Below are positions 11,477-18,127 of a DNA stretch of 64,000 nt, piece after piece. The notes under the pieces were generated by a model. That model was not told where the DNA came from, did not search any database, and worked only from the letters and a program-made list of their open reading frames with translations. Source of the DNA: Deltaproteobacteria bacterium (GTDB lineage Bacteria > Desulfobacterota > Desulfobulbia > Desulfobulbales > Desulfurivibrionaceae); NCBI GenBank assembly GCA_021802645.1, contig JAJZRO010000007.1, positions 51,073 to 115,072 of the forward strand, read 5' to 3'. Each line of letters begins with the position of its first letter. The stretch's first letter is position 1. The translations under genes and the position numbers were made by a program.

Positions 11477-11550
11477 CGCAGTTTTCTCAGAGCGAAAAGG
11501 GGGCGGATTTTTTTGAACATGCGCCAACACAAACAACAGCGGAGGGGAAG

Positions 11551-11820
11551 ATGAAAACTACATGCTCGAAAATGGTCGGTGCAATTCTTCTGGGGTATCT
11601 TGTGGGTGGCTTTTTTTCCCCGTTGGCAGCACGCGCCGCGAATGACGCAGTGGCCAAGGGCAGCCCGGCGCAGGCGGACATCTGCAACAAGGAATTAAAG
11701 TGGGGTGTTGTGAACTGCGACCGGGAATTCCGCGAGCATCAGGATACGCGCAAGCATGCCGACTGCCTGGCCGCGGTCCGGGCCAAGTACGACACCTGCA
11801 TGGACCCTGGTTCGAAATAG
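11551..11820 (+). CDS. small secreted 4-cysteine protein (paralog B)
   Basis: 89 aa with a different signal peptide but a near-identical mature region (AKGSPAQADICNKELKWGVVNCDREFREHQDTRKHADCLAAVRAKYDTCMDPGSK). DNA is nearly identical to 10690-10862. Confidence 0.75.
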   Translation: MKTTCSKMVGAILLGYLVGGFFSPLAARAANDAVAKGSPAQADICNKELKWGVVNCDREFREHQDTRKHADCLAAVRAKYDTCMDPGSK

Positions 11821-11887
11821 CGACCAGCCCCAGCACCCTCTTGGCCTTTCCATACGCCGGGGCTTCTACAGGAAAGGAGACGCAGCC

Positions 11888-12433
11888 ATGCAAGCACGCG
11901 GTCCACTTATGATCGAACATCGCCTGATTGAACGGATGCTTGTGGTCATCAAGGATGCTGTGGCGCAGATCGAATCGAGTCATGCGGTTGATCCGGTGTT
12001 CGTGGACACCGCGGTTGATTTCATCAAGGTGTATGCCGATCAGACGCATCATGGGAAGGAGGAAAAGATTTTTTTCCGGGAGCTGGGGAAGCGGGCGCTC
12101 TCCGACGCGGACCGGCGACTCATGAACGAATTGATCGACGAGCATGTGCTGGGGCGGCAGACAACAGCCGCACTTATTGCCGCCAATATGCGTTACCGCA
12201 ATGGGGATACGGCTGCCCTGACCGACATCGTCGAGAAACTCAAGACCCTGATCGAGTTCTATCCAAGGCATATCGCCAAGGAAGACAAGGTTTTCTTCCC
12301 GGCGGCGAGGGCCTACTTCACGGAAGAGGAAGACCAGGCCATGCTGGCGGAGTTCTGGGAGTTTGACCGCAAGATGATCCACGCGAAATACACGGCAGTG
12401 GTCGAAGGATTTGCCAAACGCCCTGGCGCATGA
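11888..12433 (+). CDS. hemerythrin-domain (HHE cation-binding) protein
   Basis: 181 aa from ATG 11888 (AGGAGA RBS). PLMIEHRLIERML..., YADQTHHGKEEKIFF and HIAKEDKVFFP are hemerythrin-like His/Glu repeats. Confidence 0.8.
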   Translation: MQARGPLMIEHRLIERMLVVIKDAVAQIESSHAVDPVFVDTAVDFIKVYADQTHHGKEEKIFFRELGKRALSDADRRLMNELIDEHVLGRQTTAALIAANMRYRNGDTAALTDIVEKLKTLIEFYPRHIAKEDKVFFPAARAYFTEEEDQAMLAEFWEFDRKMIHAKYTAVVEGFAKRPGA

Positions 12434-12516
12434 GGCCACAGAATTATCCGGCAATTACGTTTCTTTTCCCACCGGCCAGTCGCGCGGCCGGCACGCCCCG
12501 ATGACCAGCGGACTGC

Positions 12517-12554
12517 CGAAAAGAGGGACGAAGCCCATGCGGCTCCGTCCCTCT
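12517..12554 (-). terminator. hairpin terminator between the convergent hemerythrin and Gly-repeat genes
   Basis: AGAGGGACG (12522-12530) pairs with CGTCCCTCT (12546-12554). On the minus strand the stem is followed by a CTTTTCGG run. The loop is long (15 nt). Confidence 0.5.
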
Positions 12555-12575
12555 GCGGGGCGACAACTCAGCTCG

Positions 12576-13532
12576 TTACTTACTACCACCCCTGCCGTAT
12601 CCTTTCCCCTGGCCACCGCTGCCGCCAGCCGCACCGCCACCGCCGGTGACGATGCCGGCGCCCTGCCCGTGACTCCCCGCGCCAGGGGAAGAAACACCAC
12701 CGGCTGCACCGCCTGCCCCGGTCACGATGCCGCTCTTGCCCCCGGAACCACCGGCGCCGGTCACAATGCCGCTTTTACCCCCGGAGCCTTTTCCACCAAC
12801 GACATTGGCCCCGCCGCCTGCCCCGGTCACGATGCCGCTCTTGCCCCCGGAACCGCCAGCCCCGGTCACAATGCCGCTTTTACCGTGGCCGGTGGTGGTC
12901 GTCGTTGCGCCGGACGTGGTCGTGGTGCCGGTCGTGGTGGTTCCGGTTTTGATGGCGGAGGTGCGGGAGAGCGCGGTATTGGCGGTTTTCATGCTGCTGA
13001 TGACCGGGCCCAGTTTCGTGCCATAGGCTTGGGCGATCTGGCCCCAGCCCATGCCGCTCGCCCGCATTTGCAGCACGCCTTGCGTCTGCTGCCCGTCAGA
13101 GGTGAGGGTGCCACCCATCATCGCCGCCTGGGTCTGCTGGGCGGTGGGGTTGGTGATGCCGGCGGCGGTGAGCTGCTGCTTGGCCAGCGCCATGGAAATG
13201 TAGGCCTCGCCGTTCCCCATTTTGCCGGTGGGTGGCGTGAAGGTCGTGGTGGAGATGGAACCGTCCGTCGCCTGCGAGGTCAGCGTTATTTCCTTGCCGC
13301 TCCGCAGCCCGCTTGCAAGTGCTTGGGAATTCTCCTCACCGTAGAAGCTGCTGAAATCGGCCGCCGTCCTGTTGGTGACCGTCGTCTGGCCCTTGGACGT
13401 CGCGTAGCGGTCCATCCGGGTGGCCTGGGTTGTCAGAGCCTTGTTGCTGTCCGCCGCCCGGGCGGCGCCGGCCGCCACACCACCGAGCAAAAGAGTCCCC
13501 GCCATGAGAATCACAACGACTTTCTTCTTCAT
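12576..13532 (-). CDS. secreted protein with a Thr-rich linker and C-terminal GKSGIVTGAGG repeats (copy 1), unknown function
   Basis: Start at ATG 13532 (GGAGGTC RBS) with signal peptide MKKKVVVILMAGTLLLGGVAAGAARA. A ~180-aa N-terminal region contains GMGWGQIAQAYGTKLGPVISSMK, followed by a poly-Thr tract, 11-aa Gly-rich repeats and the tail GQGKGYGRGGSK. Confidence 0.8.
   Translation of the reverse strand: MKKKVVVILMAGTLLLGGVAAGAARAADSNKALTTQATRMDRYATSKGQTTVTNRTAADFSSFYGEENSQALASGLRSGKEITLTSQATDGSISTTTFTPPTGKMGNGEAYISMALAKQQLTAAGITNPTAQQTQAAMMGGTLTSDGQQTQGVLQMRASGMGWGQIAQAYGTKLGPVISSMKTANTALSRTSAIKTGTTTTGTTTTSGATTTTTGHGKSGIVTGAGGSGGKSGIVTGAGGGANVVGGKGSGGKSGIVTGAGGSGGKSGIVTGAGGAAGGVSSPGAGSHGQGAGIVTGGGGAAGGSGGQGKGYGRGGSK
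12640..12892 (-). repeat. in-frame 33-nt tandem repeats encoding G-K-S-G-I-V-T-G-A-G-G units
   Basis: The plus strand shows reiterated CCGGTCAC(G/A)ATGCCGCT(C/T)TT(G/A)CCCCCGGA units. This gives four full GKSGIVTGAGG units plus a degenerate AGIVTGGGG unit in the protein. Confidence 0.85.
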
Positions 13533-13611
13533 TTTTGACCTCCTGGGTTCCCCCATTGATTGTCCCGGTCCCTAGAATCCCGAACCAACCCGGTACGGTC
13601 GCTATGCCGGA

Positions 13612-14025
13612 TCAACTGGTTACTTGGCCGTTCAATGCCTTTTCAGTCTGCATGATAATCTCGACTGCGGTGGCGGAATCCATCACCACTTTTCTTGCCG
13701 TGACGCGCATGCGTGTCGTATTCGGACTGATGCACTCCAGCTCCACATTGATGTTCCGGTCCGGTGTCTGGGCTGTGATCTCTTCGCCGCCATTCATTTT
13801 TTCGATGCCGTTGACCTTGATGGCCATGCGTTTCAGGGCGGCCAGGGTGGCTTTTTTCACCTTGGGTAGGGGTTCGGTAAAGGTTTTGTAGGCAATGCCG
13901 CTCAAGGTCTGGCCAACCCCCGCGCCAGCCCCGACGCCCAGCAGGGTCAGTGAAATGGGATCGCAGCCGGAAAGCAGGAACAGCCATATTCCAAGAACGG
14001 CGACCCGGATCGTTGTTTGTCGCAT
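13612..14025 (-). CDS. DUF3568-family lipoprotein (copy 1)
   Basis: 137 aa from ATG 14025 with lipobox LLSGC. GVGAGAGVGQTLSGIAYKTFTEPLPKVKKATLAAL...TTRMRVTARK...SATAVEIIMQTEKAL matches my memory of DUF3568. It lies 80 nt upstream of the Gly-repeat gene on the same strand. Confidence 0.75.
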   Translation of the reverse strand: MRQTTIRVAVLGIWLFLLSGCDPISLTLLGVGAGAGVGQTLSGIAYKTFTEPLPKVKKATLAALKRMAIKVNGIEKMNGGEEITAQTPDRNINVELECISPNTTRMRVTARKVVMDSATAVEIIMQTEKALNGQVTS

Positions 14026-14313
14026 TATTATACCATCCAACAAGTGATTCAGGGATCATGACATCGAGACGAGACCAATCTATCAGCAACTCACGCCATG
14101 TTACACCAAAAAAACAGGGGGGACATCTATGGGAACACTCGGAAAGGGTGTCCCTCCTTTTTGTCGGCGGAGGGAAAGGGGTGTGTCGCTGCCCCGGCCC
14201 TTCCATTGACGCCACCGCTGTTTCTGCTTATTGCAAATAGTGTCGGCAGAATTGTCGGGCCGATGCGTCTGCGCCGCAACAATGGGCCAGTTTCCGGAGA
14301 GGGAGAAAAGGCG

Positions 14314-14438
14314 ATGGCGGTTGATGCTGTCAGCAATATCAATTCCGTTCGGACAACGGTTCTGCAGGGCCAAACCCGGACGACCGTTCCCGTGGCCACC
14401 TCCCCTCTGAGTATCGTTTCCGGCCCTGTTGCCGTAGC
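14314..14438 (+). pseudogene. duplicated 5' fragment of the FlaG-like gene (first ~42 codons) at the duplication junction
   Basis: ATGGCGGTTGATGCTGTCAGCAATATCAATTCCGTT...GTTGCCGTAGCG aligns with 16412-16535 (MAVNDIGNINSVLATVLQGQSRSTVPLATSPLNVV...). Similarity stops at about 14438. Confidence 0.65.
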
Positions 14439-14440
14439 GG

Positions 14441-14668
14441 AGATGGTGCGGCCCTGGCCGATATTGTCGAGAAGCTCAAGACCCTGGTCGAGTTCTATTG
14501 CAAACACATTGCCAAGGAAGACAAGGTCTTCTTTCCTGCCTCGCGCGCCTATTTTTCCGAAGAGGAAGACCAGGCCTGCTGGCGGAGTTCTGGGAGTTTG
14601 ACCACAAGATGATCCACGCGCAATACACGGCAGTGGTCGAAGGATTTACCAAACGCCCTGGAGCAGGA
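14441..14668 (+). pseudogene. duplicated 3' fragment of the hemerythrin gene, frameshifted
   Basis: Aligns with ~12205-12433 (DIVEKLKTL.EFY..HIAKEDKVFFP...EEEDQA / LAEFWEFD.KMIHA.YTAVVEGF.KRPGA). A 1-nt deletion (CAGGCCATGCTGG becomes CAGGCCTGCTGG) splits it into two frames, and there is no start codon. Confidence 0.8.
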
Positions 14669-14755
14669 GGCCACAGAATTATTCGGCAATTGCGTTTCTT
14701 TCCCGCACCGGTCAACCGCGCGGCCGGCAATGCCCCGATGAACCAGCGGACTGCC

Positions 14756-14791
14756 GAAAAGAGGGACGAAACCATGCGGCTCCGTCCCTCT
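14756..14791 (-). terminator. duplicated copy of the hairpin terminator downstream of Gly-repeat gene copy 2
   Basis: AGAGGGACG (14760-14768) pairs with CGTCCCTCT (14783-14791), the same structure as at 12517-12554. Confidence 0.45.
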
Positions 14792-14811
14792 TCGGGGCGA
14801 TATTCAGCTCG

Positions 14812-15675
14812 TTACCTGCCACCCCTGCCGGAGCCTTTTCCCTCGCCACCGCCAGCGGCACCAGCCGCACCGCCACCACCGGTGACGATGCCGGCACCCT
14901 GCCCGTGACTCCCCGCGCCAGGGGAAGAAACACCACCGGCTGCACCGCCTGCCCCGGTCACGATGCCGCTCTTGCCGCCAGCGCCTTTTGCGCTGCCCCC
15001 GGCACCGGCGCCGCCAGCGCCGGTCACAATCCCGCTCTTGCCGGCGCCGGTGGTGGTTTTACCTGTCGCTGTCGTCGGTGTGGTCCTGGTTCTGATGGTG
15101 GCGGTCCGGGAGAGCGCGGTGTTGGCGGCCTTCATGCTGCTGATGACCGGGCCCAGCTTGGTGCCATAGGCTTGGGCAATCTGGCCCCAGCCCATGCCGC
15201 TCGCCCGCATTTGCAGCACACCTTGCACCGGCTGTCCGTCAGAGGTGAACGTGCCGCCCATCATCGCCGCCTGGGTCTGCTGGGCAGTGGGGTTGGTGAT
15301 GCCGGCGGCGGTGAGCTGCTGCTGGGCCAGCGCCATGGAAATGTAGACCTCGCCGTTCCCCATTTTGCCGGTGGGTGGGGTGAAGGTTGTGGTGGAGATG
15401 GAGCCGTCCGTCGCCTGCGAGGTCAGCGTGATCGCGCTGCCGCTGCGCAGCCCGGTGGCAAGCGCTTGGGAATTCTCCTGGCCGTAAAAGCTGCTGAAAT
15501 CGGTTGCCGTCCTGTTGGTGACCAAGGTCTGGCCCTTGGACGTCGCGTAGCGGTCCATCCGGACGGCCTGGGTTGTCAGAGTCTTGTCGCTGTCCGCCGC
15601 CCGCACCACGCCAGTCGCCACACCGCCCAGCCAAAGAGTCCCCGCCATGAGAATTACAGCGACTTTCTTCTTCAT
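14812..15675 (-). CDS. secreted Thr/Gly-repeat protein (copy 2)
   Basis: Start at ATG 15675 with the same RBS and signal peptide as copy 1 (MKKKVAVILMAGTLWLGGVATGVVRA) and a collinear N-terminal region. It has a shorter Thr linker and fewer GKSGIVTGAGG units (287 aa versus 318 aa). Confidence 0.8.
   Translation of the reverse strand: MKKKVAVILMAGTLWLGGVATGVVRAADSDKTLTTQAVRMDRYATSKGQTLVTNRTATDFSSFYGQENSQALATGLRSGSAITLTSQATDGSISTTTFTPPTGKMGNGEVYISMALAQQQLTAAGITNPTAQQTQAAMMGGTFTSDGQPVQGVLQMRASGMGWGQIAQAYGTKLGPVISSMKAANTALSRTATIRTRTTPTTATGKTTTGAGKSGIVTGAGGAGAGGSAKGAGGKSGIVTGAGGAAGGVSSPGAGSHGQGAGIVTGGGGAAGAAGGGEGKGSGRGGR
14876..15050 (-). repeat. shorter 33-nt Gly-repeat array in copy 2
   Basis: Same CCGGTCAC(G/A)AT(G/C)CCGCTCTTGCC unit as in copy 1, but only about three units. 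Confidence 0.75.
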
Positions 15676-15762
15676 CTTTGACCTCCTGGGTTCCCCCATT
15701 GATTGTCCCGGTCCCTAGAATCCCGAACCAACGCGGTACGTCGCGATGCCGGATCAATAGCT

Positions 15763-16170
15763 TTATTGGGCGCCCAACGCCTTTTCGGTCTGCATGATGA
15801 TCTCGACCGCCGTGGCGGAATCCAACAGGGCCGTTTTCCTCGCCGTGACGCGCATGCGTGTCGTATTTGGGCTGAGTGACTCCAGCTCGATTTCGATATC
15901 TCGATCCGCTGCCTGAGCCGAGATATTTTCGCCGCTTTCCACTTTTTGGGTGGTGCCGACCTTGATGGCCATGCGGTTGAGCGCGGTGAGCGCCGCTTTT
16001 TTCACCTTGGGGAGGGGTTCGGTAAAGGTCTTGTAGGCAATGCCGCCCAAGGTCTGGTAAACTCCCGCGCCGGCCCCGACGCCGAACAAGGTCAGCGTAA
16101 TAGGATCGCAGCCGGAAAGGAGGAAGAGGCATCCCCCCAGAACAACTATTCGAATCGATGCATAACGCAT
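15763..16170 (-). CDS. DUF3568-family lipoprotein (copy 2)
   Basis: 135 aa with lipobox LLSGC, collinear with copy 1 at roughly three quarters identity by eye. Confidence 0.75.
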   Translation of the reverse strand: MRYASIRIVVLGGCLFLLSGCDPITLTLFGVGAGAGVYQTLGGIAYKTFTEPLPKVKKAALTALNRMAIKVGTTQKVESGENISAQAADRDIEIELESLSPNTTRMRVTARKTALLDSATAVEIIMQTEKALGAQ

Positions 16171-16312
16171 TGCCGTGTCACCTGGCTGGGGATTGAAGGA
16201 TTGCTACAGAATAAATTTATCAAAAACCCAAGCTGTTTTATATCAAAATAAAGAAGTGCTTGATAACCGGCTGATTCCATTCATGGTAATCCGTTTTCTC
16301 ATTCCCCTGCCA

Positions 16313-16341
16313 TTGACGCCACCGCCATTCCTGTTTAATTT
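16313..16341 (+). promoter_or_regulatory. candidate sigma-70 promoter for the FlaG-like gene (TTGACG-N17-TAATTT)
   Basis: TTGACG at 16313-16318 and TAATTT at 16336-16341. The CCATTGACGCCACCGC block is conserved in the duplicated copy at ~14204 (there TTGACG-N17-TATTGC). Confidence 0.35.
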
Positions 16342-16411
16342 AATAAAATAAGAATAAAGATATCAGGCCATGTGTCCGCTCCGCGAAAGGGAAGGGCGGT
16401 GGAGAACAGAA

Positions 16412-17542
16412 ATGGCGGTGAACGATATCGGTAACATCAATTCGGTGTTGGCAACGGTTCTGCAGGGCCAAAGCCGGAGCACCGTTCCCTTGGCCACTTC
16501 TCCGTTGAATGTCGTTACGAATCCCGTTGCCGTCGCGACTGCCGTAACGCAGAATCTAACCCCCGCCCAACAGGCGGCCGTGCTGGGCACCGAAGCGGTG
16601 CAAACCTTGAACCTGCAGCCGTCCGCTCCGACCGACCCCCTGCTGGCCACCGGCACCGCCCCGGATATGACAACCGTTCTGGAATCGCCAGGGCTGAGCC
16701 CGGCTCAGGAGGCGGCTCTGGCGGTGAACCAAACGGTGCAGGCCGCCATCCAGCCCCAAAACTTGACCCCTGCCCAACAGGCGGCTTTGACCGTCAATCA
16801 GGCGACGCAAGCCCTGGCCACCCAACAGACGCCGGCCGAAACTGCGGCGGCCACCGCGATTACCACGCCAACGCCGGCCCCGGCCCCAGTGGAGACGACG
16901 CTGGCTGCCGCCGGAATCGCAGGCGGAGGGGGGGCGACCGCCACCACACCGGCCGGATCGACGGCAGTTTCAGCCGTCACCACAGCGGCTCCCACCGTGG
17001 TGCCCGCCACGCCCACTACCGCGGCAACGACGGTGGCGGCTCCCGCAGAAGCAATGCCTGCCCAGCCCACCGTCGCCCAACCGATTCCGTATGCCAATGC
17101 CTTTGCGGTCTATGAGGTCAGGAATCCCACCCCACCCCCGCGGGAGCCGGCAGCGATCCGGAAAGAAGTGCATCCAGCCGTGCCGGTCGGTCGGGTGCGG
17201 CCGGTTGATCCGCTGGTTTTGCGGCAGGAATGGGAGAAAAGGAAAAGAGAGAAACGCCAGGGGAGCGGCCAGGCCGTGGCCGCCGCGCCTCGTCCGCCGT
17301 TGGCGGAAAAGGCCATCCGGGATTTGGTCCGCCAGGCCAATGAAACGCTGGCCGCCAGCGGCGTGCCCCTACACCTGGTTCTCTCTCAGAGTGCCGAAGG
17401 GTTCGCCCTGGACGTCTATGAATGTCTGAATGATGCGATGTGCGAGATGACACAGGAGGTGCCGCTTGATCTCAACAACCTCATGACCATTCTGGATAAT
17501 CTGGAGCACGAAAGCGGCATCATCATCAACATCAACACCTAG
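16412..17542 (+). CDS. FlaG-family protein with a long Ala/Thr/Pro-rich low-complexity insertion
   Basis: 376 aa from ATG 16412. The C-terminal ~70 aa (GVPLHLVLSQSAEGFALDVYECLNDAMCEMTQEVPLDLNNLMTILDNLEHESGIIININT) fit the FlaG pattern (xFxvdee.g..vvkv.d..tgevirqiP.e.ll.l...l....Gl.vd). The middle contains NLTPAQQAA-type repeats and poly-A/T/P. Confidence 0.6.
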   Translation: MAVNDIGNINSVLATVLQGQSRSTVPLATSPLNVVTNPVAVATAVTQNLTPAQQAAVLGTEAVQTLNLQPSAPTDPLLATGTAPDMTTVLESPGLSPAQEAALAVNQTVQAAIQPQNLTPAQQAALTVNQATQALATQQTPAETAAATAITTPTPAPAPVETTLAAAGIAGGGGATATTPAGSTAVSAVTTAAPTVVPATPTTAATTVAAPAEAMPAQPTVAQPIPYANAFAVYEVRNPTPPPREPAAIRKEVHPAVPVGRVRPVDPLVLRQEWEKRKREKRQGSGQAVAAAPRPPLAEKAIRDLVRQANETLAASGVPLHLVLSQSAEGFALDVYECLNDAMCEMTQEVPLDLNNLMTILDNLEHESGIIININT

Positions 17543-17647
17543 GGGAGCAACGGTCCCCGCCCAGAAGGGCAGCCCCGTTCTTGTGGGCCATTCGTTGCCC
17601 TCCGGGGCTACCGCCGGGAAAGCGGGCTGTTCCGCTGTTTCGCGTCT

Positions 17648-17860
17648 TCAGCCCGTGGCGATCTTTTTGCGCTGGACTGCCAGTCGCGCGGCCTGTAACG
17701 CCTCGATGGCCAGCGAGCTGCCGCGTATGGGCGGCACCTCGGTACCGAGAATGGACTCCACCACCTCCCGCACCACCAGTTCCGATTCGCCGAGGCGGCT
17801 CGCCAGGGTGGCGAGCCTGGTGATCTGCCGGGTCGCGATATCCTGATACGCCAGGTCGAT
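17648..17860 (-). pseudogene. truncated duplicate of the 3' end of the yihY/brkB-family gene (C-terminal winged-helix region with an in-frame ~33-codon deletion)
   Basis: IDLAYQDIATRQITRLATLASRLGESELVVREVVES/ILGTEVPPIRGSSLAIEALQAARLAVQRKKIATG matches the last residues of the 20784..22178 product, minus LVKAGMLRRVAEAGRHYVLGVAVEKLDPVEVVE. DNA is clearly homologous to 20784-21098. Confidence 0.6.
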
Positions 17861-18127
17861 GCTAGTAAGGGGCGGATACGGCACCAGGCCTTGAACAGTA
17901 AATTCCCTCATGTCAGGTTGCGGGCGCGCTTTCGCGGGAAGAAGTGATTTTTCAAGACCTGACTTCACCGGGCGCGGGTAGGCCTGCGTGTTGCCTGTCA
18001 AGATCGGCGACCCTGCCGCAAGAAAATCACCAGCGCAGTCCACATTTATGTGCGACGGTCGTAGCGGAATGTGCTAAAACCTTTCGAAGTAATGCATGTT
18101 CTTTCACCTTCATGCTCAAGTTTCGCC

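Noticed and set aside
12640-12892. Regularly spaced ~33-nt repeats considered as a possible CRISPR array
   Set aside because: The units are contiguous with no spacers, lie in frame inside a protein-coding gene, and encode a Gly-rich peptide repeat. No cas genes are present.
12411-15681. Plus-strand ORFs (12411..13538 and 14905..15681) opposite the Gly-repeat genes
   Set aside because: They are the complements of Gly/Thr codon repeats (Pro/Ala/Gly/Arg-rich) with no RBS or signal. The minus-strand genes have RBSs, signal peptides and paralog conservation in frame.
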